Counted from the stretch's first letter, positions 8,142 to 16,609 are shown. The stretch: DNA of 23,465 bases from Pseudomonadota bacterium (GCA_043804515.1 JAZDIZ010000203.1:1-23465), one strand, 5' to 3'. The notes: generated by a model not told the origin, from the sequence alone. Translations and numbers: made by a program.

Positions 8142-8783
8142 TCAGTGCGTTAGACAGGCGCAACCCTGATGGGAAGCGTCATCCAGGGCTTTTCGGAGCG
8201 AGTCGAAGTTCACGGAATATTGCCGGGCTTCGGAGCGGTCCTTGAGATCCCCGCGGATGACTTTCTTGAGTTTGAAGAGTTCGATCCGGTCGTACATGTC
8301 GTCGATCGAGCTGTATCCCTGATCGACTTTCCGGCCCAACTCAAACTCGCAACGGCTCCGATCCGGGAACGTCGTGGGGCCCAAAAGGGAGTTCCCCCAT
8401 TTGCGGCAGACGTCGTGCGTCGGCCGATCCACCAAGCGGAAGCTGTCCTTGGTTTCGTGAGTACCTCCGCCTCCGCTGCCGGCGGGGGCGCCGGAGGAGC
8501 CTTCGTCCTCCTCTTCAAAGTAGTCGTACCCCGGCGATGGTTGCACCGGGACAAAGTAGGAGCCGTCCGTGTAAGGGGCCCCCGGCGCGGTTGCGGGAGG
8601 CTGCGCTCCGGGTTGCGCGGGGACGGGAGCGGGGGCAAATCCCGAAGGCGGAACGCCGGGCTGCGCCCCGTAGGGGGGTGGGACATACGTCGGATTGTCC
8701 TGAGTTTGGGCCGAACCCGTCGCAGCGAGCAGGAAAAAGGCAGTAAAAATGCTTAAATTACAGCATGTTATAAAAATGCGCAT
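8142..8783 (-). CDS. Hypothetical secreted protein (Pro-rich region, acidic/Gly linker, Cys-containing C-terminal domain)
   Basis: Signal-peptide-like N-terminus (FFLLAATGSA-Q), PPPYGAQPG-type low complexity, EEEDEG and GGGG linker, four Cys in the C-terminal domain. Confidence 0.7.
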   Translation of the reverse strand: MRIFITCCNLSIFTAFFLLAATGSAQTQDNPTYVPPPYGAQPGVPPSGFAPAPVPAQPGAQPPATAPGAPYTDGSYFVPVQPSPGYDYFEEEDEGSSGAPAGSGGGGTHETKDSFRLVDRPTHDVCRKWGNSLLGPTTFPDRSRCEFELGRKVDQGYSSIDDMYDRIELFKLKKVIRGDLKDRSEARQYSVNFDSLRKALDDASHQGCACLTH

Positions 8784-8801
8784 ATCCTTGATCCTAGAAT
8801 G

Positions 8802-8817
8802 TGCATGAAAGATGCCA
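8802..8817 (-). promoter_or_regulatory. Putative sigma-54 (-24/-12) promoter
   Basis: TGGCATCTTTCATGCA, correct GG-N10-GC spacing, just upstream of ATG 8783. Confidence 0.55.
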
Positions 8818-8822
8818 CGTTT

Positions 8823-9221
8823 TCAATGCACCCCGGGCGTTTTGGGGCCCCTTTTCAGGTCTTCAATGAATTCCTGGAGGAGGCGTTTTTGGCTGAGGAT
8901 TTGAAGGTGCACGGATTCCCGAAAATCCAACCAGGCCAGAACGAACATCGCCACGGCGATCCCGGTCACAAGGATGACGTATACGGTAAACCAGGCCGGG
9001 CGAGCGGCGGTCAGCGTGTGGCTTAGAGGCAGGAGGAGAACGGTCTCCACCAAGAGGCAGGCCGAGATTGCCAGGCGGAAAATCAGACGACGCGGAGTGT
9101 ACGGATATAGCTCGGTCCGATGCCTCTGATCCTCCCGGTACTTCCGGATCTCCCGCACGGCCAGGACCAGAATCCCGGTTCCGATCACAAGCGTCAGAAC
9201 CACCGACGTGACCATCGACAT
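8823..9221 (-). CDS. Hypothetical membrane protein (about 3 TM helices)
   Basis: Three hydrophobic segments. Start chosen at ATG 9221, 8 nt after extended -10 TGATAAGAT (9230-9238). Confidence 0.7.
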   Translation of the reverse strand: MSMVTSVVLTLVIGTGILVLAVREIRKYREDQRHRTELYPYTPRRLIFRLAISACLLVETVLLLPLSHTLTAARPAWFTVYVILVTGIAVAMFVLAWLDFRESVHLQILSQKRLLQEFIEDLKRGPKTPGVH

Positions 9222-9296
9222 CGGATCGTATCTTATCACTCCCCGGTTCCACGCCGGGTAATAGGTAAGCTGTCCCCTGAAATCCGCAGCTGTTTC

Positions 9297-10499
9297 TTAG
9301 TCCCCTACCTCGCAGGAGGCGTTTGTCTGGCGGCCCTGCACATCGTACGAACGTACGTTAATCCGGAAGCGAACCGCCGAAAGCTTCTCGACATAGTAAC
9401 CCTTGGAGGGACTGGCGCCCCAGGAGGAGCACGCGTAACTTCCCGTCAAGCCGCTGACCGGTCCGGCGGCACACACACCGGAGATCATCGTTCCCCAGCC
9501 GTTCGCCGTATACGGCTCCCAGTTGGCTGCATCAAGCGTGATCTTCCCATGATAGATCCCCGATAACGCAACGACGTCTCTCTGACATTCAATAAGGTCC
9601 GGCTTGCAGTTCAAGTCGACGCCGTTTTCCCAAGTGTCTCCCGCGCCCGGATTGCGGGCCGCATTATTGTCGTCGCAGTCACCGCGGGCGACCGAGTAAC
9701 CGTCGCAGTCGGCATCCAGATTGCCGTTGTCGACGCACGGCGTTTTGGCGCCGGCCGGGTCGGACAGAGCGGACCTGTTGCCGGCGTTGTCCACGGCGAG
9801 CACCTGATAGCTGTACGTCGTCCCGGAAGACACGGCGTTGTCCGCGTAAATCGTTGGGGGGGGCAAGGGCGTTAAGTTCAGCTCGGCACCGTTTCGGTAG
9901 ATAATGTAACCCTGAATCCCCGAATTGTTGGGCGGCGGGTCTTCGGAAGCCGTCCACAGCAGATTGATCTGGGTCGGGCCGTTAGCGGATGCCGAAAGTC
10001 CCGTCGGCGCCGAAGGGTTTGTCGTGTCTGCGGCGGCGAGTGTGGTGGTGGATTTTGATTCCGACTTGGGTGACTCGTTCTCGGCGACGTCCACGGCGAC
10101 CACCTCGTACTTGTATGACGTCCCGGCGGTCCGGCCTGTGTCCGTGAAGCTCACGTCGGTCATCGGCGTCGAATTCACCTGAGCATCGTTGCGATAGACA
10201 AAGTAGCCCGCAATGCCCGAGGGATTGGGGTCGGGATCTGTTGAAGTCTGCCAGGAAAGAACGATCTTCGTATCGGTTATGCCTGAGAATGAAAGGCCGG
10301 TCGGTGCCAAGGGAGGTGTGGTGTCGGTGTCCGGCGACGGTACATCCGGCGGCTTATTTATGACCGGGGAGCCGTTTGTTCCGGTCTTCGCCCCACAGCT
10401 CAACAGAGAGACGGTTGTGAGCAGGAGCAGAAGGAGCTTGAAATGGAATCGCATTGCACTAGAACCCTCTTCGGGCATGGCGGGTTTAGTTATTGCCAT
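9297..10499 (-). CDS. Lipoprotein with two fibronectin type III domains and a MopE-like putative metal-binding motif
   Basis: Lipobox LLLTTVSLLS-C after Met16 (alternative start 10454). Two repeats DTTxPxAPTGL...LxWxxSxD...GIxGYxxYRN...YxYxVxAVDxAxNxS. DADCDGY...DCDDNNAARNPGAGDTWENGVDLNC motif. Confidence 0.85.
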   Translation of the reverse strand: MAITKPAMPEEGSSAMRFHFKLLLLLLTTVSLLSCGAKTGTNGSPVINKPPDVPSPDTDTTPPLAPTGLSFSGITDTKIVLSWQTSTDPDPNPSGIAGYFVYRNDAQVNSTPMTDVSFTDTGRTAGTSYKYEVVAVDVAENESPKSESKSTTTLAAADTTNPSAPTGLSASANGPTQINLLWTASEDPPPNNSGIQGYIIYRNGAELNLTPLPPPTIYADNAVSSGTTYSYQVLAVDNAGNRSALSDPAGAKTPCVDNGNLDADCDGYSVARGDCDDNNAARNPGAGDTWENGVDLNCKPDLIECQRDVVALSGIYHGKITLDAANWEPYTANGWGTMISGVCAAGPVSGLTGSYACSSWGASPSKGYYVEKLSAVRFRINVRSYDVQGRQTNASCEVGD

Positions 10500-10557
10500 C
10501 GGTCACTCCTTTTTGAAAACATACGGACGAGGCCTTTTCTCTTCACGGCATCTATGT

Positions 10558-10574
10558 CGCAACTGTCATGCCAA
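10558..10574 (-). promoter_or_regulatory. Sigma-54 (-24/-12) promoter of the FN3 lipoprotein gene
   Basis: TTGGCATGACAGTTGCG, near-consensus TGGCAC-N5-TTGC, about 60 nt upstream of ATG 10499, with an AT-rich upstream region. Confidence 0.7.
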
Positions 10575-10901
10575 CTTCGGTCTGAAAAATAGCAAGTGAT
10601 ATCAGGTGGTTGACAAGAATTCGCGCGCTGAAATCTTGCGTGAATGAGTAGAAATTGAGCTGTATTGGCAGAAAATTGCAGAGCGCTTTGATTTCGGGGA
10701 CGGAGGTCGGGTTCCATCAGCGGATAAGCCACCGCCACGTGTTCTTTTTCTTCCAGCGGAGAAGGCACCACGGATCCCAGCCTGCCGGCGCGTGTCCCGG
10801 AGCGCAGCCTTAGATCGCCGGCGGAGCGATGGGACCGCGCTGCGCAGGCCTCAAACCCAGGGTGACTTTGAAGCACCCGTCTGGTAAGAGCGTCTGCCCT
10901 T

Positions 10902-11852
10902 ATGTCAAAGGCCATCGGCATCGTAGGCTACGGCAACCAGGGCTCGGCTTGGGCCCAGAACCTCCGGGACAGCGGCTGGGAGGTCCGGGTATTTCTCCGC
11001 CCCGACAGCCCCTCTCGGGCCGAAGCCGAAAAGGCCAATCTGGACATTCTTCCTCTCGGTTCCGACCTGGGCAGCGTTCCCATATTGGCCATCCTGATTC
11101 CGGACGATGCGATGCCTCGATTCCAAGCGGATTTCGGCCGGCATTTGAGGGCGCGCCAGGGTCTTGTTTTCGCACACGGTTTTTCCCTTCTATATAAGAC
11201 GGCGCGCTGGCCGAGAGAGGCCGACTGGATTCTTGTGGCACCCAAAGGAATCGGGACCGCCGTGCGGCGAAAATTCCAAGACGGTTCCGGGGTTCCCGCA
11301 GTTCTGGCGGTGGGAAACGACGCCACCGGGACCGCATGGAACGTCGCGGAAGAGGTCGCACAGGGGATCGGGTCCGGACGCGTCGGGACCTACCGGGCTA
11401 CGATTCGCGAGGAGGTGGAGGCCGACCTGTTCTCCGAGCAGGCCCTCCTGTGCGGCGGCCTTCCGGCGATGATCGCTCACACCTATGACGTTTTGGTTCG
11501 CGGCGGGATCCGCCCCGAGGTGGCCTATCTGGAATGCGTCCACGAGCTGGCCTTCATCGTGGATCTGATTCAGGAGCGGGGCATCAGCGAAACGCTCCGG
11601 CTGGCCAGCCCTACGGCCCGGTTCGGCGGCGTCCAAGGAGGCAAGAGGGTGATCACGCCGGCCGTCCGCCTGGAGCTGGAAAGGCTCTGGGAGGACATCC
11701 GAAGCGGGAGGTTCCAGCATGAGCTGACCGACGAGGCGAACACGGGGTTCCCCGTAACGCGTGAGGCGCTGGATCAAATCCAGAAAAGCTCCGTCGAGAC
11801 CGTAGGGCGGGAAGTCCGGAAGCGGATGAATCCGCAAGGGGGGACATCGTGA
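10902..11852 (+). CDS. ilvC: Ketol-acid reductoisomerase (IlvC, class I) family, divergent; possibly serving as ketopantoate reductase
   Basis: GIVGYGNQG..AQNLRDSG, FAHGF, VAPKG, DLFSEQALLCGG, AYLECVHEL..IVDLI; GTGA overlap with panB. Confidence 0.88.
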   Translation: MSKAIGIVGYGNQGSAWAQNLRDSGWEVRVFLRPDSPSRAEAEKANLDILPLGSDLGSVPILAILIPDDAMPRFQADFGRHLRARQGLVFAHGFSLLYKTARWPREADWILVAPKGIGTAVRRKFQDGSGVPAVLAVGNDATGTAWNVAEEVAQGIGSGRVGTYRATIREEVEADLFSEQALLCGGLPAMIAHTYDVLVRGGIRPEVAYLECVHELAFIVDLIQERGISETLRLASPTARFGGVQGGKRVITPAVRLELERLWEDIRSGRFQHELTDEANTGFPVTREALDQIQKSSVETVGREVRKRMNPQGGTS

Positions 11853-12610
11853 ACCTGACCGCCTTGGACATCCTCCGGCGAAAAGGAAAAGAGAGGATCG
11901 CGGTTCTCACCGCCTATGATTTTCAGGTGGCCTCGATGCTGGACGAGGCCGGCATCGATATCCTCCTGGTCGGCGATTCGATGGGAAACGTGGTGTACGG
12001 GGCTCCGGACACCTTATCCGTGACTGTCGACGACGTGGTTCGGCACACCCAGGCCGTCGCAAGGGGGGCGAAGCGCGCTTTGGTCGTGGCGGATATGCCG
12101 TTCGGGTCGTACCAGCCTTCCCAAGAAACCGCCGTAAAGAACGCCGTGCGCTTCCTGGCCGAGGGGTCGGCCCACGCCGTCAAGCTGGAGGGGGGGCGCG
12201 GTATGGCCGAGACGATCCGGCGTCTCGTGGAGATCGGAATTCCCGTGATGGGGCACATCGGCCTGACCCCCCAATCGATCCACCAGCTCGGCGGCTATCA
12301 GATGCAGGGGAAAAGCGAAGCGGACGTTGATCGGTTGATGGCCGACGCGAAAGCCGTGGCGCAGGCCGGCGCGTTCTCCGTGGTCTTGGAATGCATCCAA
12401 CCGGAATTGGCGGCGCGAATCACGAAGGATGTCCCAATTCCCACGATCGGCATCGGCTCGGGTCCAGATTGCGACGGACAAGTGTTGGTCTCCAACGATC
12501 TCTTCGGCCTCACCGTGAGCTTCGTCCCCAAATTCGTGAAGCCGCTCGCGAACGCGCGCGCCTTGATCACGGAGGCCGCAAAGGGCTTCGTTCGGCAGGT
12601 AAAAGGCTGA
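11849..12610 (+). CDS. panB: 3-methyl-2-oxobutanoate hydroxymethyltransferase
   Basis: LTAYD, LLVGDS, ADMPFGSY, AVKLEGG, MGHIGLTPQS, PTIGIGSG..CDGQVLV. Confidence 0.97.
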   Translation: MNLTALDILRRKGKERIAVLTAYDFQVASMLDEAGIDILLVGDSMGNVVYGAPDTLSVTVDDVVRHTQAVARGAKRALVVADMPFGSYQPSQETAVKNAVRFLAEGSAHAVKLEGGRGMAETIRRLVEIGIPVMGHIGLTPQSIHQLGGYQMQGKSEADVDRLMADAKAVAQAGAFSVVLECIQPELAARITKDVPIPTIGIGSGPDCDGQVLVSNDLFGLTVSFVPKFVKPLANARALITEAAKGFVRQVKG

Positions 12611-12613
12611 CCC

Positions 12614-13390
12614 GTGCTGGCCGTCGACATCGGAAATACGAAGACCGCTCTCGGGTTTTTCCGGGAGGGAGTCCTGGCGCGCAAATGGAGGGTCGCCACC
12701 GACGCGCGCCAGACTACGGACCAGCTTCGGCTGTTTCTGGCCGAGCTTCTCGCCGACTTGGGTGAAAGCTTTCCCCGGCTGGATAGCGTGATGCTTTCGT
12801 CCGTGGTGCCGCGCCTGACGCGAACTTGGGAGGAGCTTCGTTCCCATACGGACCTGCACGTGGTTTCCCCGAAGACTCCGATCTCCTTCGAGATCGCTCT
12901 TCCGGATCCGGCTGCTCTGGGCGCCGACCGGATCGCGGACGCGGAGGCAGCGGTGCGTCTGTTCGGCGCCCCGGTCATTATCGTCGATGCCGGAACGGCC
13001 GTGACATGGAGCGTGATCAATTCCCAAAAACGTTTCGTGGGGGGCGCCATTGCCCCCGGCATCGGGATCTCCATCAAAGCCTTATTCGCCGCGGCGGCCC
13101 GCTTAAGCCCGGTCGAAATCCGGCCGCCCGAGCGGGCGATCGGAAACAGCACGGAGAAAGCCATCGGGAGCGGGATGCACTACGGGTACGCGGCCATGGT
13201 GACCGGACTCTTAAAGAGGATGGAGGACGAACTGAACGAAGGAAAGCCCGCCCTGGTGGCGACCGGCGGAAGCGCGAAACACCTGGCTCCGTTCCTTCCG
13301 CCGGAAGTCAATGTGGAGGAGGATCTCACGCTCAAGGGGCTGGCGTTTCTTAATGAGAACCTGGGGTCCGCAAGGAGGTTTCATGCCTAA
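12614..13390 (+). CDS. coaX: Type III pantothenate kinase
   Basis: LAVDIGNT, SSVVP, LGADR, IVDAGTA, GGAIAPG, VATGG, LTLKGL. Confidence 0.95.
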   Translation: MLAVDIGNTKTALGFFREGVLARKWRVATDARQTTDQLRLFLAELLADLGESFPRLDSVMLSSVVPRLTRTWEELRSHTDLHVVSPKTPISFEIALPDPAALGADRIADAEAAVRLFGAPVIIVDAGTAVTWSVINSQKRFVGGAIAPGIGISIKALFAAAARLSPVEIRPPERAIGNSTEKAIGSGMHYGYAAMVTGLLKRMEDELNEGKPALVATGGSAKHLAPFLPPEVNVEEDLTLKGLAFLNENLGSARRFHA

Positions 13391-14588
13391 GATCCTTCTC
13401 GGCGTGTGCGGCGGGATCGCGGCGTACAAGAGCGCCGAGTTGGTGCGCGAATTGCGGCGCCGCGGATGCGAAGTGCGCGTCATGATGACCCGTGCGGCGA
13501 AAGAGTTCGTCACGCCGCTTACGTTCGAGGCTCTCACCCGCGCGGCGGTGCACACGGATCTGTTTAATGACGACGCGCACGGCACCTCCCACATCGAGAC
13601 CGCCAGATGGGCCGACGCCCTCGTCGTGGCTCCGTTGACGGCGAAAACGCTTTCGAACTTCGCGTATGCGCACGCGGAAGACGTCGTCTCGACCGTTTTC
13701 CTGGCTTTTCGCGGCCCCGTCATCCTGGCGCCCGCCATGAACTCCACGATGTGGGAGCACCCCGCGGTCCAGGAGGCGCTCGCCGTCGTGGCCCGCCGGG
13801 GGGCACGAATCGTGGAACCCGTCGAGGGGGAATTGGCTTGCGGCGAGGTGGGGCCCGGCAAAATGGCCGACCCGAACCTCATTGCGGAGCGCGTTCTGGC
13901 CGCACTGGAAATCAGGCGAACGTTGGAAGGCAAAAGCGTTCTCGTGACCGCCGGACCCACGCGTGAGTATCTCGACCCGGTCCGTTTCCTTTCGAATCCT
14001 TCCTCGGGAAAGATGGGGCTCGCGGTTGCGCGAGAGGCCGCTCGGCGCGGCGCCCGGGTGACCGTGGTCCACGGCCTGTTGCAGGTCGGACCCGATTTTT
14101 CGGCCACGTTCGTCCCGGTGACCAGCGCCGCCGAGATGGCTCAAGAAGTGCGGCGGGCGGCCCCCGCGGACATCTTTGTGGGAACCGCCGCGGTTTCCGA
14201 CTGCCGCCCCGTTTCCCCCTCCGACCGGAAGATCAAGAAACAGGAGAAGCGGTCGACGTTGGAGCTCGAACCGACCGAGGACATCATCCGGTGGGTCTCC
14301 GAACACCGCCGCCCCGGCGATTTGGTCGTCGGTTTCGCCGCCGAAACCGAGCGGGCCCCGGAGAACGCCAAGCTCAAGCTGGAATCGAAGGGGTTGGATC
14401 TGGTCGTCGCCAACGAAGTTCACCGCGAGAGCAAGGGTTTTGCGCAGGATCACGCGAGCGTCTGGATCTTGGGAAAAAGAGGCCCGGTGGCCGAGCTTCG
14501 GAACGTCCGCAAGGACGAGGTGGCCGCGCGGCTCTGGGATGAGGTCGAAAAACTCCATGCGGACCGTTCCAAACAAGACCGATCTTAA
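13383..14588 (+). CDS. coaBC: Bifunctional phosphopantothenoylcysteine decarboxylase / phosphopantothenate-cysteine ligase
   Basis: MPKILLGVCGGIAAYKS, APAMNSTMW, LACGEVGPGKM, VTAGPTREYLDPVRFLSNPSSGKMG, VGFAAET. ATG 13383 follows a GGAGG SD. Confidence 0.96.
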   Translation: MPKILLGVCGGIAAYKSAELVRELRRRGCEVRVMMTRAAKEFVTPLTFEALTRAAVHTDLFNDDAHGTSHIETARWADALVVAPLTAKTLSNFAYAHAEDVVSTVFLAFRGPVILAPAMNSTMWEHPAVQEALAVVARRGARIVEPVEGELACGEVGPGKMADPNLIAERVLAALEIRRTLEGKSVLVTAGPTREYLDPVRFLSNPSSGKMGLAVAREAARRGARVTVVHGLLQVGPDFSATFVPVTSAAEMAQEVRRAAPADIFVGTAAVSDCRPVSPSDRKIKKQEKRSTLELEPTEDIIRWVSEHRRPGDLVVGFAAETERAPENAKLKLESKGLDLVVANEVHRESKGFAQDHASVWILGKRGPVAELRNVRKDEVAARLWDEVEKLHADRSKQDRS

Positions 14589-15402
14589 AAAACTGCTCCG
14601 TTCGGCCCAGAGCCAAGGCTTGAGCGTGGGGTTCGTCCCCACGATGGGGGCACTGCACGAGGGCCATCTCTCTCTGGTTCGGCGTTCCAAGAAGGACAAC
14701 GCGGTGACCGTGGCGAGCATTTTCGTGAATCCGACGCAGTTCGGGCCGAACGAAGACTTCGAGCGCTACCCCCGCGACCCGGAGCGGGACCAGAGCCTTC
14801 TTTCCCGCGAGAAGGTGGACTACCTCTACGCTCCCTCGAAAGAGGATATCTATGCACCCGGCTCTTCGACGTACGTCGACGAGACCGAGCTTTCCCAGGT
14901 CATGTGCGGCGCTTTCCGGCCGGGCCATTTCCGCGGCGTGTGCACCGTGGTCTTCCGCCTCTTTCAGATCGTCCAGCCGGATCGGGCCTACTTCGGCCAA
15001 AAGGACGCCCAACAGCTCCGAATCATCGAAAAAATGGCGGAGGACCTCGGCCTGGACATCCGGATCATCGGTTGTCCCACGCTGCGCGAAGGGGACGGCC
15101 TGGCGATGAGTTCACGCAACGCGTATTTGAGCGAGGAAGAACGCACGGTCGCTCCGCAGATTTATGCGGCACTCAAGGAGGCTCAATCCGCCTTCACGGG
15201 CGGGGAGCGGAGCGTAAGCCGCGTACTCGAAACCGCGAAGGATGCGTTGGGGCGGCATCCCGCGATTCAAACGCAATACCTGGAGCTCCGGCGATGGAGA
15301 GACCTGCGCGTGGAGGAAGCGATTACGGAAAAATCCGTTTTGGCGTTCGCGGGTTATTTGGGGAAGACGCGTCTGATCGACAACGTCATCCTGACGCCAT
15401 AG
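14557..15402 (+). CDS. panC: Pantoate--beta-alanine ligase
   Basis: VGFVPTMGALHEGHLSL, SIFVNPTQF, RPGHFRGV, YFGQKDAQQ, DGLAMSSRNAYL, RLIDN. Real start at ATG 14557. Confidence 0.97.
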   Translation: MRTVPNKTDLKKLLRSAQSQGLSVGFVPTMGALHEGHLSLVRRSKKDNAVTVASIFVNPTQFGPNEDFERYPRDPERDQSLLSREKVDYLYAPSKEDIYAPGSSTYVDETELSQVMCGAFRPGHFRGVCTVVFRLFQIVQPDRAYFGQKDAQQLRIIEKMAEDLGLDIRIIGCPTLREGDGLAMSSRNAYLSEEERTVAPQIYAALKEAQSAFTGGERSVSRVLETAKDALGRHPAIQTQYLELRRWRDLRVEEAITEKSVLAFAGYLGKTRLIDNVILTP

Positions 15403-15772
15403 CAATCGCGGTTTCGATCCACCTGCGGATCAGGCCCCGGCCGGCTTCGTTCAGATCCACGAAGCGGGCTCCCATTCCGGACCGGCGGGTTTCCCTCGTG
15501 GAGAACTCCTTGGTCCAGATCACGAGCGCCTTGGCGAGGATTTTCTCCCCCCCCACGCTCATTTCGAGGTGGAAGGGCGTTCCGGGGGAGAGAGGCTCGC
15601 GGGTCTGGATGAAGATCCCGCCTTCCGATATGTTCTCCGCGTACTCCGTGCGAAAATGTTCCCAATTGTCACATCGGATGCGGACGGCGGTGGAGATCGG
15701 AATTCGCTGTTTGAACCGATCTTCCGGTTTGGCGCGCGTCTTCCTTGAGCGGGGAGCGGGTTTCTTCGCCAT
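15386..15772 (-). CDS. Single-domain PilZ protein (TIGR02266-like), predicted c-di-GMP receptor
   Basis: RFKQR (RxxxR) and NISEGG (D/NxSxxG) both intact; VIW and GMGARF motifs. Confidence 0.88.
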   Translation of the reverse strand: MAKKPAPRSRKTRAKPEDRFKQRIPISTAVRIRCDNWEHFRTEYAENISEGGIFIQTREPLSPGTPFHLEMSVGGEKILAKALVIWTKEFSTRETRRSGMGARFVDLNEAGRGLIRRWIETAIAMASG

Positions 15773-15817
15773 GGAACGCATCGATCATCCCAGTTTCTTG
15801 AAACCTTGGAAAGCTCG

Positions 15818-16609
15818 ATGAAGGTTTGGGTTCGCTGGCTCGTCCACGGGGCGCTCTTCGCCTCCACGTTCCTGATGGCCACGCTCATGCAAGGCCCGAC
15901 ATACGCCGCGGCCATCATGGCGATCCTTCTGGCCCATGAACTGGGCCATTACTTCACGTGCAGGCACTACGGTGTCCCCGTGACGTTCCCGATCTTCATC
16001 CCCATGTACAACCTCTTCGGAACGATGGGCGCAGTGATCGCGATCAAGGGAAGGATTCCGAACCGCAAGGTTCTCTTCGACATCGGTGTCTCCGGCCCGC
16101 TTATCGGATTGGCTTTCGCGATTCCGGCCATCGTCATCGGAATTATTCTCTCTCACGTGGGCTCCGCCCCTACCGAAGGCACAGGGGTCTCATTGGGCGA
16201 ACCGCTCCTGTTCACGTGGCTGGCCCGATTGATCAAAGGGCCGATACCGGAAACCCGGCAGCTTATTCTGCATCCCCTCGGCTTCGCCGGGTGGGCCGCT
16301 CTTTTCGTCACGTCGATCAACCTCCTGCCGGCGGGCCAGCTGGACGGCGGCCACATTATTCATGCGCTTTTCGGCCCCCGACGGGGAAAATGGATCTCCT
16401 GGCTCGTGGTCGCGACGCTCCTGTACTTCGGCTACCGATATCACCCGATGTGGATCGTCTTCGCGGCGCTGATCATCCTGCTTCTGCTGAGAAACCGGCC
16501 CCCGGCGGAATATGAGGCGTCCCTCTCGAAGGGAAGGTGGATGCTTGCACTTCTGACCTGCGTATTAATGATCCTCTGTTTCACGCCCGTCCCGATCGAT
16601 ATCCGATAG
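15818..16609 (+). CDS. Site-2 protease, peptidase M50 family
   Basis: HELGH, FDIGVSGP, LHPLGFAGW, NLLPAGQLDGGH; multiple TM helices. Confidence 0.93.
   Translation: MKVWVRWLVHGALFASTFLMATLMQGPTYAAAIMAILLAHELGHYFTCRHYGVPVTFPIFIPMYNLFGTMGAVIAIKGRIPNRKVLFDIGVSGPLIGLAFAIPAIVIGIILSHVGSAPTEGTGVSLGEPLLFTWLARLIKGPIPETRQLILHPLGFAGWAALFVTSINLLPAGQLDGGHIIHALFGPRRGKWISWLVVATLLYFGYRYHPMWIVFAALIILLLLRNRPPAEYEASLSKGRWMLALLTCVLMILCFTPVPIDIR

Noticed and set aside
10666..10680. Sigma-54 promoter for the pan operon (TGGCAGAAAATTGCA)
   Set aside because: Spacing is GG-N9-GC rather than the required N10; more plausibly an activator site for the opposite-strand promoter.
10764..10835. HDV-like ribozyme (CCCAGCC...GCGATGGGAC resemblance)
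   Set aside because: P1 would be only about 5 bp and L3 only 4 nt; the nested double pseudoknot cannot be built.
14176..14556. N-terminally extended or fused PanC (408 aa)
   Set aside because: The extension is an alternative frame over coaBC; PanC homology starts at ATG 14557. The same applies to extended starts at 3450, 13311, 18082, 19865 and 20828.
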